From assembly GCA_010015585.1 (NCBI GenBank), contig ML975159.1: DNA of 20,000 nucleotides; one strand, given 5' to 3'. Below the pieces are notes generated by a model, which had not been told where the DNA came from, did no database searches, and saw only the letters and a program-made list of their open reading frames with translations. Below, one piece after another: positions 1 through 11,113 of the stretch. Both the position numbers and the translations under genes were made by a program. This DNA comes from Eremomyces bilateralis CBS 781.70. Its lineage: Eukaryota. Every line of letters starts with the position of its first letter. The first letter of the stretch is position 1.

Positions 1-122
1 TTCATGGCCTCAGCCATGATTTGATTCATTGTTTGTGTTAACAATTCCCAGCAAGAGCAGAAAATCCACGTGAGATAGGATTCCACATGTCCAAACGATG
101 AAATGTTTGTTTTGCAATGGGG

Positions 123-128
123 ACGCGT
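123..128. promoter_or_regulatory. MCB (MluI cell-cycle box) ACGCGT upstream of the rad55-like gene
   Basis: GACGCGTC palindrome about 240 bp upstream of the ATG at 364. MCB elements are typical of fungal replication and repair genes, but a single hexamer can occur by chance. Confidence 0.4.
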
Positions 129-363
129 CAAGCCATCATCACAGCACATTCACCTCGCTCTCTTCTTCTCATTGCCTCACAACAATATAGAACCTCTTTC
201 AAGGGCATTATTCAATGGGATTGGGCAATGTAAACCATTGCTTTATTTACATGGAGGAAGTTGATGTGGTTTCTCCCCTCTACTCGTCCCGTGCTTGAAC
301 TTTGTCCTCCGACAGTGTACCAAACTATCATTCTGAGAATCCGAGTCTATAGTCCCCTACAGG

Positions 364-1857
364 ATGTCGACACCCCATCCAAGCTCCCAGTCTGTGCCGT
401 CTTCATTATCACGTAAGATGATCTTTCCAATCAGGAAGGGGCTTGAGCTAATTCGGACCAGATCGCCTTGCGAGTGTTTCGGTCCTGGAGGCGCTCCAAA
501 CGGAGTCCCTTGCCACTACACCTCTATCAACGCAGCTACGTAGCCTGGACATTCGTCTCCATGATGGGAAGGACCCTCAATATTCTAGCGATGTGAGGAG
601 CGGAGGCTTGCCGCGCAGGCAGATAGCTGAGTTGTACGGACCTCCCGGCTCCGGAAAGACGGAGTTCTGGTAAGTATACTACGCAACACAGTTGACAGTT
701 CCTGACCATTCGACAGTATTCAGCTCGCAGCAAACGCTGTCTGTAATGGAGGGAATGTTCTTTGGATTGGTGCGAGACTATATCCGAGTCCCTTTTGGCA
801 TGATATCTAACATTTACTGCTATCAGATTGCAGCACGAAGCTATTTCGTCCTCGTTTCGACCAAGTCCTAGCAGCTGTGAATCCAAAGGCTTCTACAAGT
901 TTCCCAGGCCAGATGAAAGAGCGAGGGGCCGGACTTCGCCATCTAGCGACGCCGTCGCTTGCGCATCTTCTTAGCATTATCAAACGCCCTCCTTCACAAT
1001 TGGGTCTGGAGAAGAAGAGTCTCATGATACTCGAGTCGCTATCTACAGTTGTGGACCTAGCATATCAGCGCCTCACTAAGGAGCAGGAGAAGGAAAAGAA
1101 GAAGGATGGGGCTTGGCGAGGAAGCCGGAAATACGCTGTGCTCAATGACGTCGCATCTTCACTCAGCAAAATCGCTGCTATTCATAATATTGCCATCGTC
1201 ATCACAAATCAAACCATAACGCGTATTACGGGAGGTGGTCGAGCTCTGCTCTGTCCATCAATATCAGGACCGGAATGGGAGAACTGCATATCGACGAAGA
1301 TGGTAGTGTTTAGAGACTGGGGTCGTAAAAGAGCCACCTCACAGGGCAATGGTGAAGATGAAAAAGTTGGCGGTGTGCATGTCATTGGACTTTTGAAAGC
1401 CCGTGGAGAGAGATTGGACCAAAACGGCCGTTTTGGTGCTGTAATTCCGTTCGTCATTCACGAGGTGGGCCCCCTCCCTTTGCTGCGAATCCGAAGATCA
1501 AAACTAAGTGTACAACAGCATGGAATTGAAGAAGTCGACTTACAACCATCTGCCATGCCACTGGCTATGCCGCTTTCGCCAACGAGGCCATCCACAAGAG
1601 TTCTGGCGGACGTGATACCCGACTCGGAGGATGAGCTTGGATCGGACGGAGATTTCGATTGGTTCGAAGAGGCGGACTTTGCAATGGTTACTGACGAACC
1701 GAGTGAGCAGGAGAAGGATGCTAGCCAGGAAGATCGCGGAGAGGGCAGGAAAGAACAAGCCGGCTTCGCAATGTTGGCTGGCGAACCAAGTGGGCAGGAG
1801 AAGGATGTCGGTCAGGGGGATAACGGAGAGGGTATGGAAGAAGAAGCGGTGACCTGA
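364..1857 (+). CDS. rad55: Rad55-like Rad51/RecA-family paralogue (DNA repair). Exons 364-412, 462-669, 717-769, 827-1464, 1519-1857; the last intron is tentative
   Basis: Manual splicing with GT-AG introns 413-461 (GTAAGA..GCTAAT..CAG), 670-716 (GTAAGT..CTGAC..CAG) and 770-826 (GTGCGA..CTAAC..CAG) gives one continuous frame. The product contains SHRLASVSVLEAL, GGLPRRQIAELYGPPGSGKTEFC (Walker A), NVLWIDCS, LMILESLS (Walker B-like), HNIAIVITNQ and an acidic tail with VIPDSEDE. The RecA-fold assignment is firm; Rad55 specifically rests on recalled motif similarity. Confidence 0.85.
1672..1845 (+). repeat. Two-copy 87-bp (29-aa) tandem duplication in the Rad55-like C-terminal tail
   Basis: 1672-1758 encodes ADFAMVTDEPSEQEKDASQEDRGEGRKEQ and 1759-1845 encodes AGFAMLAGEPSGQEKDVGQGDNGEGMEEE. 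The two DNA copies are colinear and share GCAGGAGAAGGATG. Confidence 0.9.
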
Positions 1858-4800
1858 GTCGAGAGAGCAATCCAGCTGGAGCCAGTTGAAGGCGCGATAC
1901 TGGCTGGGAATCTATGTATCCTTCAGCAGAGGCGCTGATCTAGATCATTAGTATCAATGGCCTAGGCCCAAAGCCTCACCCCACGACATCCATGATCGAC
2001 AATGTCGTCCCGTCACAGTACTACTCTCATGCTGTCGTACGGAGGAGCATCCTTACCCGACACAACCCGTTGCGAAACGCCATCTCGCACAAACCAAGTA
2101 TCCCATGCTGCAATGTCTGGATATTCATGACACTCTTCAAAATATGACAGGTCAACTGGAGCATGTCGTGATCTCCAGCCAAACGCCCCATACCCCACAC
2201 CCCCGCGCTACCCCGCGCTTGCAGTCAAGATCCTCGTTCACCTCCGGAACTTCGTCCCAGAATTCCGTCCCTTGTGTCCATTATGAGTCCCAGAGAATTG
2301 GGAGCGGATTTGTGTCTATGTCTTCCTTGAAGCCTGCTAACTTGAGATTCGGTGTACTGTGAGTTGTCACAACGTTTGCACAACGAGGCGGGGAAGATTC
2401 GGGATTCCCCACGGATGAACCTTCTCATGGAGAGTAATGGAGTGCGCGAGCGGCCTCCGAAATCTTAGCGGAAAGGTTTGTTATTTGGGGGTATTAAGCC
2501 GAAGTTCGTTTGATGCGGTTGGAAGTTGTATATTTTCTCATGCACAATCCTCAATGTTGAGGACTCAACAGCCATTGTTGTACACCGATATTTGGAAGAC
2601 CGGAAGTTATTGAAGCACAGTATGTAACAGGTATGTGGCTTCCCAGATTGCTTGAATCTACGACTGACCAGGTATTGCAGTCCTCAATGGTTCGATAAAC
2701 GATTCATAGAAACATGCCTTGCGCAAACTACCGAGGATATATTCCACCGAGAGTGATATATCACCATTGTTCCCACTCCTCCCAGTCTACGATATTGGAT
2801 TACGATTGCCTTGCACAAAAGTATGCAGGTTTACCGTAAATGAGACGAACCACTTCCGGCCAGGAGCCCTGTCCGCCTCGCTTTCGGCCCCAGAACCGAA
2901 TAGATGAAGCGGGAGACCTTGGCAGCTGTCCCAGGAAACCAAAGCGTTGAGGATTCTCTTCCTTGCTCGATCGAAATCAGTACTAATTATACCGGTCATG
3001 AATTAAAGGTTCCTGGTCGTTCTTCCGCAACGAGATTACTCATACTCGATGCACCGAGGCCAATTCCAACCCGTCATGAATTGACTGGCCTGCGACACCA
3101 TCAATGGATTACGTTAAATCACATCATCAGCTGGCTACAACGATGTTTCCTGCTTTGTCACTCCCCAAGCTAGGATCATGAGCCGGATAATGAGTGCGGA
3201 CACTGTGAACGACTGACTGCGGAATACTTCGTAACAGAACTCATACACAAAAACCATGAGGCAAGTCCATAACCTCATTTATTTTTCAAGTTTCCAAGTA
3301 TATTTGGTCAAAAACCAAACACTGCATAATTATATCTCAAATGGCTCATATCTGAGTTTCAAATGAGTCCTTCCATCCCAACAACCTCCTCTCACGTCGG
3401 TCCGAATCTGTTTTATAGGACCGCGCGAGATTATGAAATGATGATGCCAAAGCATCCACGTAACGCTTTAATCAACCGACCCCTGAGTCTTCTAGAAAGA
3501 CCAAGGGTAACGAACGAGTCTGTCTCTCACCACCGCGGTCCTTGACCGAACCTCGACCAGGACCGTCCACTCCCATGTAAATACCCCGTCGACGACCGCA
3601 CCCCAACATCCGAAGCCCCAGCCCTCCCCTCCGCAAGCACCCCGCGCATGAGCCCCAACAACCGGGGCCCCGGATCCGCGTCGTAGATTGCCCTATATTG
3701 ATACTCATATACCTTATCGCACGCCCCGTCTGGGCCCACTCATACCACCGCAACGCCTCCCTTGAGTCCCTTCCCTCTCTGCCTATTCGTAACCGGCTCG
3801 ACTGCTAAATTTGGGACCAGCGCAACAGATGCCCATTTTGGGCGTCTGAAGAAGACCCGCGTGTCTGGAATTGAGTGTAGCGTGACGAATCCATCGTGCC
3901 GTTGGATTTCCGCGGATGGGCTTCGATGGTGATGAAACCGAGGCTTCTTGTTTCAGAAAGACGACATACGGTCATTTTGCCACAGTCGGTAAGTTGCAGG
4001 TCCATAGGCCAAGAGCTGGTTGTCTGTCTAGCGGCATGTAGAGATGGTCTTTCGGCGTATCCGCTTTCTTGAGTAGACTACATGTGGCGATTCTAATAGG
4101 CAGCTATCGTACGGTAATGAGAAAGGTCGAGCGTTCCTGAAAAATCTCTTGCTGTTGTGGACAGATGTCTACGTTGGTGCGAAGCCATTCACCGAAATAT
4201 GCCAAGTTCAAGACGAGACGATCCCTAAGCTCTCCATTCAGGCTCCGCTGGCCGTAGTGCATTCCATATCGACGATCATGCCGTGGCTCAATAACTGCAG
4301 TAGGATAGGTTACCAAACTGAAGTTCCCCAGATTGAAAATGAATGGAGGACTGGAAGAGATTGAAATCCTGCCTCAGGCATCAGTGCTACATGTCGATCA
4401 TCAATTTGAGTCCTCCGCTGGCATGCGCGAAGGCATGTGATATCAATTCATCTTAACGACAATGTATGACGACAGCGGTCTCCTGTGCCAAGTGGAGAAG
4501 TGTTTACGGCTTGGATGGTTCGTATTCCTGTGCTCCGCGCGTCTCTGGGACGTGTCGAAGTGTCGGATATCAGGATACAGTATTAACCGCGACAATCAGG
4601 GGCTGGCACATTATACGAAGTAGTCCACTTCAGATGAAATTCAATTCTAGACAATGCCGTCATCTCTCAGTTCTCATGATCCATCTCAAAGCACGGGAAC
4701 GTGAACGCGGCATCACCGGCGTACAGATCAAATATCGACGTTGCGTCGCTCAATCCTATTAGGCCTCGCCATGGTGGCCGAAAATCTATTCTGAACAAAC

Positions 4801-5195
4801 ACGTCGTATGCAAAGTACATGTATGAAGAAGAAAAAGGTAGAGAAATCCGAGACGCACAAAGCACCGGAAAAGTATGATTGGAGATGTGTATGTTGTTGT
4901 AGCCCGAAACATTCCCGCCGGAAAGCGGGAACCACGGAGTGATCATGTTGATGATTGATAAAGCGTGAGGGAAGAAGAGAAGATAAGAAAAACAAGATCA
5001 TAGCCATCGCTGGGCTTCCAAAAAACAATATCGGTCTATTTCAAGGGGGTTGTGATGCGTTCCATTCATGTCCGTTCCGAACCCAGTCAACCTTTCGCTT
5101 CATGCCCATCGATAAGAAAAACCCATTCGAGAGAAAAAGGATAACAATGAAATCCTCCTTCTCCTACGTTTCGTTTACCCCCTACTGTCGTGATC

Positions 5196-6762
5196 TCACT
5201 CCCGGTCGCCTCCCAAAAACCCATTTCCTAACCCTTGGATGTTGGGTAATGGCAATTTCCTCTGACTGCCTTCCGATCGCCCGATGATCTCGCTGATCGA
5301 CATGCCTATGGTGCCACTTTCCCGCGGCACGTATGGACTCGGACCCTCGGCGTTCGGCTCCAGCGGTGCTAGCGCAGGCGGCGGCATCATCGCGGGTTGT
5401 CCGAGGCTGTTGAATCCGGGGATCAAGTGGTCTCGATTGAACGCCGGCTGCGATGGAGACGTGCTGCTCGGATGGAGGTGCGAAGGATTAGACCCGGGAG
5501 GATGTTGGTGCTGGAGGGAGAGGTGGCGGATGGTCGGCAGTGTGAGCGCTTCGTTCGGAGGGAAGTTGTAGTGGTAGTTTGGACGCAGGCGGGGTGAGTG
5601 GGCGGGCGTGGCGAGCGGAGTGTGGTCGGGGGTCGGAGATGTCGAGGAGTGAGAGAAAGAGGGGGATGGAGGGGCGGTGGAGTAAGGAGACGACGGGCGA
5701 GATCGCTTGCTTCGGTGCGCATAGGGGTCGAGTGTGGGGAATGGATGGGGATCGTACTCATGCGAGTGCGACCGGGACATCGGCTGTGAGGATGGGGCGG
5801 TCGAAGGGTGTTGACTTGAGTGCGAGCTGTATGCGTACTGTGCAAGAGAGGTCGGACGAGAGGAAGAGGAGAGTGAGTAGAGGGAAGTCGAGCTGGATGG
5901 GCCGCTTGAGAGGAAGTTGTATGGACGGTTCGAGGCGCTTGACCCTGCATTGGTTCTTCCATCCCGTTCTACTTGCGAAGCAGCAGTTGCAAGCATGTTG
6001 ATGTCGAGATGTCGTTGCATAGAATTCGGGCTGTTCCCTTGGCTCTGCGATCCGTGAGGCCGGTTGAGATGGGAGAAGCCAGCGGCATTGGATGCATACG
6101 ATGCGAAGGAGTGCGGAGGAGAGACGTCGGGAGATGCGATGTTCGACGGTGGAGCGGAACGAGAGATCGTTTTCGGCGGAGGCGGCATCATGCGTGGGAT
6201 TCCATTCGCATCCATCCCCGAGTTTTGAGCCGCGGCAGCGACAGCAGCAGCGGCGGCATGTTGTTTGTTCCCTCTCCGGGAGTTGGGGTTGTTGTGAATT
6301 CTCGAGTGACGAGTCAATTCGTCGGAGCGGGAAAAGCGTTTCAAGCAACCCGGATACTGGCATGCATGAGGTTTTTCGCCGGTATGTGTCCGGATATGAC
6401 GAGTCTGGTGCTCCAGACGGTGAAAAGCCTTGTCACACAGGGGACATTTGTATGGTCGAGGTAAATCCTGTCTAGGTTCCTCCATGGTTTGGGACGATTT
6501 TGGTTGCAGCATTGAATATATCAGACTGATGTTCGATGCTGCCATAGGTTGTTGGATGGTGGAGGAGGATGTGGAGGATGGAGATGTAGATGTTGGGGAA
6601 GCACTCGGGGGAGAGGCGGAAATAATATCCAAAAAACCTCTCGGCACTGGAGCCGGCGATGATGATTCGCGGCCCACGGCTTGCTGGGGTTCGGAAGAGA
6701 TGGCCGAATGTGGGTTGAGAAAGATTTCGAAAGGCGGCGGGCAAATTCGATGATGCTTGCAT
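5196..6762 (-). CDS. creA: C2H2 zinc-finger carbon catabolite repressor CreA/Cre1. The full-length form (521 aa) needs a +1 frameshift at 6720-6722; the first in-frame ATG at 6545 gives 449 aa
   Basis: Two Mig1/CreA fingers ([62 protein letters not shown]), an Ala-rich tract, the conserved block [29 protein letters not shown] and the C-terminal [19 protein letters not shown]. No intron in the body. The 5' end is discussed in the findings. Confidence 0.97.
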
Positions 6763-7039
6763 GTGAAAAATGAAAGCCACAGAAAGCGTGTTCCTGAGTT
6801 TTGACGCTGCCTGGGCCCTGTGGAGTGCGGACACTGGAGTGTGGTGGCGGAAATGATGTCGGAGCCGGATGTGGGAAAGGTCCGTGTAAACCACCAAGGC
6901 CAAGCTGTCCACTTTGTCCACTTTCCAGATGATAAGGCGGAAGGGAGTGGTACTCTGTGGTAGAGATATCGACGGCCTGCTGGGGAGAAACACTACAGTG
7001 GACACGATGGAAAATCCTTTTCTGGTTTCTGAACAGTGC

Positions 7040-7450
7040 GAGAACCGACAGGAGAGTGGAATGCGAAAATGGGAGAGGATTGAAAGGGATGTAACGAGAA
7101 GAGGGAAATGGAATCGGACGAAGACGGGGGGGTACAGCAATCAATAAGTAGGACAACGTCAAGGCCGGATGTATGCCGTTCCCCAGGCGCTCCCTCAATC
7201 CGATTGTCAGACGAGGCAACTTTGGCGTACGGAGATTCCGGTGTCAAGTCAATTACCTTCTGGGGCTCCAGAGTCTGGGCAGAGGGAGAGTGGGTGACAA
7301 CCGACAACTGACAACTGACAAGCCGCCCACTGTACAGGGCAGGATCAGAGGGTGGGATTGGGGATTGCGGGTGTGCGGGAAAGCTGCTGCCCCCGGCCTG
7401 AGGTGGCTATCCGGAAAAAGAAACCCAGTAATATTAATGGTTTAATACAT
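7040..7450 (-). promoter_or_regulatory. Probable creA core promoter / transcription start region
   Basis: CT-rich tract on the minus strand (about 7050-7130), an AT-rich TAATATTAATGGTTTAATA stretch at about 7429-7447, several SYGGRG sites (7260, 7267, about 7392), and no minus-strand ATG between 6763 and about 7445. Confidence 0.45.
7295..7321. repeat. 7-bp tandem repeat (YGACAAC) x about 4 in the creA promoter
   Basis: TGACAAC CGACAAC TGACAAC TGACAA. Confidence 0.7.
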
Positions 7451-10400
7451 CATCAAACGATTCTGAGTCGCCGAGGGGGCGAGGCGTTTGGGGTGTGCTG
7501 GACGTGCTGGATCTGCTGGACTCCCCGCGAACCAGACCTGCGTGGGCAGCAATGAGACAGGGCCAGGGGGGAGACTGGCTGTGAGCCGCGGATCGTAGGC
7601 AGGGGACTCGGCTGAGGGGGGAAAGATGGGGTTTTCCGGGGATTTCTGTTGAATCCAACCAAGGGCATTTAGAAAGGCCGAAATCTTCGGTAAGGGGATC
7701 CTCAGTGCATATCGGTACGGAGCTGACCTGACTTCTTAAGATACATCCGGCTATTTGCTCCTAGCCTCCTACGCTTCCTCCTGGCAAAATGGAACGTGGG
7801 GAATGCTGAATGCATCGCTTAACCGCCCTGGCGATAGATACCGTTTGCCCCGAAAAGGCCAATTCTGAAGACACTGAACCTCAACTTCCTCAAGACCGCA
7901 AGGCTGACTGGACGAAAAGAAAAGGGATGAAACATTGCTCCTCACTGCTTTTTCCCTGTCGTGGAAGTCACTGGTCTGGGTTTTCCGTTCAATCTCCTGT
8001 CGTATCTGGTCGTATCGTATCTGGTCGTTCTCATTCGATTGCGGAACACTCCATGAAGCAGCGAAGAGTGTCAGACCAATCGTTCGTGCCATCCGGGAAC
8101 TGCAGGGAGATCCTCTAGGCTGGAGGAGCGGGATCACCACATACTCGATGGGGGATGAGCTGCAAGGAATGAAGCAATCTAATTAATATTATTCTAAAAG
8201 CAGTACCGGATGCAAGGCATCGTATGTATTAAAGATATCATTTCGCTTCACCGTGATTCGACTGTATAGACCCCCCCCAACCATTCATTATTGCTACATA
8301 TCACGGCTTGATTCTTGATGAAGGCAGCATCTGAAGCTCAACAATTCGGTATATTACAGCCAAGCCAAGACTCCTCCGTACTTCCGTCCCCCGTGCCTCA
8401 CCAGTCTCCCACCGCAAGCGGCAAGCCACATCAGGCGCCATCAAATATCAACCCAAATGTACGGTGAGATCAGAGATGTGATCCGCCATCCCTGCATTGA
8501 GCGGGTTTGTAGAGGCTAGAGTGGAAGTGGATGGGGATGTGGGGGCGCCACGCCTCATCGCTCCGGTTTAATAAGGGGAACCCGAATTTTCACCCCGATT
8601 TTGCTCCGAAGGTGAAAATCCTCGTCTCTGCTGCGTCAGCATCGCATCCATGTGTCGCCTCACTGGAAGTCGGGTACAGGCCCTCCCGTCGTCGAGATAC
8701 GTCGGTAGATCCCTAAGTTAGTCATATCGGTCGAGATATCCTGCAACGCACATCTGTCTGGTGCAGCTCAACGTACAGGTATCTGATATCATGCATCTAT
8801 TTCCCGGTGATCGACACCTGTCCTTTAATGTCATCGATAAAGGATGTGTTCTCAGTTTGACAGATTGTCAACCGATTTTCGATCTGATCGCAAAAGCACG
8901 CCACATCGACAGGCTCCTCCTCGGCCTTGGTCTGGTTCCTCATCTTTGGTTCTGAAATCTGAATACATTGACGAGCCAATGCGCTGGATGAGTCTGTCCC
9001 ACTTTTCCCAGCCAGCCGCAACAGCTGTCCATGAATCTGACACCGGGGAAAGCTCTTGGACCGTTGTCCGTTGGAAATGGAGACGGGAACTGGCGTTCGC
9101 CGATGGATTCTGTCGCCATAAGAGGGGCCAGGGTCGCCCGATATGAAGTGTGGTCGTGTGTATGGCGAGACGATGATGTGATTTTCGGGCTGAATTGGTG
9201 GTATTTTGCTGTTCCGCGGTTAGTGATGGCCGATGCGAGACTGAATCGGCCGACTGGGACAAGGGCTATTTGCTCACCCCATCATCCATGGCCTCGATTT
9301 TAATCCTTGCTGGTATTCTTTTGCTGTAGTAAATGATTCAACGGTTTCCATTTCGTGATCCAGCACGTTTCCGATCGCGATTCCTGATGTGAATTATCCA
9401 CGCTGAACTCCATGATGGGATACCCCAAGCCGTTTGATACTGCCGAAGACATTCCCACAATCGATCCTCCTACATAATCGTCCTACACTGCAGGCTGACT
9501 CCCAGATTGTCAGCAGCAACCGCCGTCCAGGGGTGCATCCAACATCCGGACCAGTACTACCATTCGCAAGGCTGAGCGGCTGATGATGCAGCCAGTAGCA
9601 AGTCCGGGGCCCCAGAAGAATTCCGTTTTTCGCGCCAGCGCCCGCTACCTACCTTATCTAGATTCTAGACTAGAAATGCGGAGCGCGCAGCGGAAAAAAA
9701 GGGCCTGAACCGAAGAATACCGTTTCCCGTCCGATAAGCGCTTGGTTTGAATTAGCCGGAAACATCCAGGACGGGAATAACCAGCAGCCTAGGGATTATA
9801 GATAACGTTTGGTTGCATTTCTTGCCCTGTACGGAGTACGAGGACCTGGATAGCATGGTCAAATTGGGTGGCAAATTCGAACCGGTACGGCCAAATTCGG
9901 TTGCTCACTGGCATGGTTGCATTCTGGTTTCAAACAGATTGCTGACCTGGAGTCGACTGGCGATCATTTCGAGAACATCGCTGGGGAATTCCCCGCATTT
10001 GTGACTGCCTGAAAACGACATCAAACTGAAGTGCAGGTGAACCAGATGCTCATAGCCTCAAACTGGTTGGCAAAGATAAGACGTCCACTGTTGTCTCTCC
10101 ACCTGATGGTTTATCATATGAAGACCCCACACGCCCTTACTTGATGTCCTTTCCATTGCCACTCTCTGTCCACACGTCAACAGGTTTGGTCCTCCAGCTG
10201 CGGCCTCCGAGCAATGGAGCATGCCAATGGCAGTTTCTATATCCAATCCGATTACAATACTGGGTTTTGCTTTCATCAAATCCACGACGGAGTGACTCCT
10301 GTCGCGAAGCTGACAGACGTCTCCACAATCCACCAGGGCTTCCTTTTGAAATTCGTCATAATAGACATGAAGGACGGCCGCTATTCGATAGACCAAAGAG

Positions 10401-10988
10401 ATGTTGATATTTCAATGACCCAGGCACGGACGAATGGTCCCTAGTCAAATTCCTTGACTATTGTTGATATTAGATGTTGAAAGGGAGAACGGGTTCCCTG
10501 ATGCGGAGCAATAGGATGTCGTGTACGGAGTAACAACCGTATTCAGCCGCTGAGTCTACCCGTCTGGTTCCTTCGCTGGGTATTACGAATCATCTCCTTA
10601 ATTGTCATATCCGTTTTAGTTTATAATCTTCAAGTTGCACCTGTCTTCCAGATATGGTGAACCCCTTTCCCCGCACTTTTATCTTAAAGTTTATGTACAC
10701 CCCGACTTCCCCGAGCCATTGGTCTTGCACGTGCATGTGCCTTGTCGTGATACCACAAAGTCAAATCCCACCTAATCCTCCCTATCCAACTTCCCTCCAA
10801 TCTCCGATCGGTGCTCGACGCTCGTTCTGCGTACTGCCGATGAAGTCCGCTTAAAACAAAGTACCGATCATACCCAGCGAGGCTAACATTCCTTCGCTGT
10901 CTGACCCTTCGGACACAGTCCGATAGGTGGACAGTTACAAAGTTGAACAAGGCAAGACCTGACTGTATTCATGAATGGGGGGGGTGGC

Positions 10989-11113
10989 GTGGGGGGTCGT
11001 TACCCCAACAAATTCCCAACCCCAGCTCCAAATCTCTCCAGTAGTCACTGGTCACCACAGTCAGCCCAGATTCGGCTGGGCCGGTGGGGAAAGGCAGGCG
11101 ACCCCCACAAATT
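10989..11113. promoter_or_regulatory. Cluster of five CreA/Mig1 consensus sites (SYGGRG)
   Basis: GTGGGG at 10989, CCCCAG at 11020, CTCCAG at 11036, GTGGGG at 11084 and CCCCAC at 11103. The last has a Mig1-type AT flank (AATTTGTGGGG on the minus strand). Confidence 0.4.

Noticed and set aside
1..29. Possible start of a divergent minus-strand gene (MNQIMAEAM..)
   Set aside because: Only 9 codons are visible at the window edge, which is too little to support a call.
2013..4364. Short ORFs between rad55 and creA, including GC-rich 3472-3753 with the palindrome CCGGGGCCCCGG
   Set aside because: No recognisable homology or consistent exon chain; a gene relic is possible but unsupported.
6647..6677. 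31-nt GT..AG segment that would also restore the creA frame from ATG 6762
   Set aside because: Shorter than the 47-57 nt introns seen here, lacks a branch-point motif, and would not produce the conserved NLLNP motif.
5284..6753. Many overlapping ORFs on both strands within creA
   Set aside because: By-products of GC-rich, Ser/Pro-rich low-complexity coding sequence.
7494..8030. Short direct repeats (TGCTGGA x3 near 7497-7521; CGTATCTGGT x2 near 8001-8025) as a CRISPR-like or functional array
   Set aside because: Eukaryotic context, only 2-3 tiny units and no spacers; ordinary slippage repeats.
10058..10396. 112-aa minus-strand ORF containing VIGLDIET, resembling a DEDD exonuclease motif I
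   Set aside because: No ExoII/III motifs and no credible start or splice structure; one short motif is insufficient.
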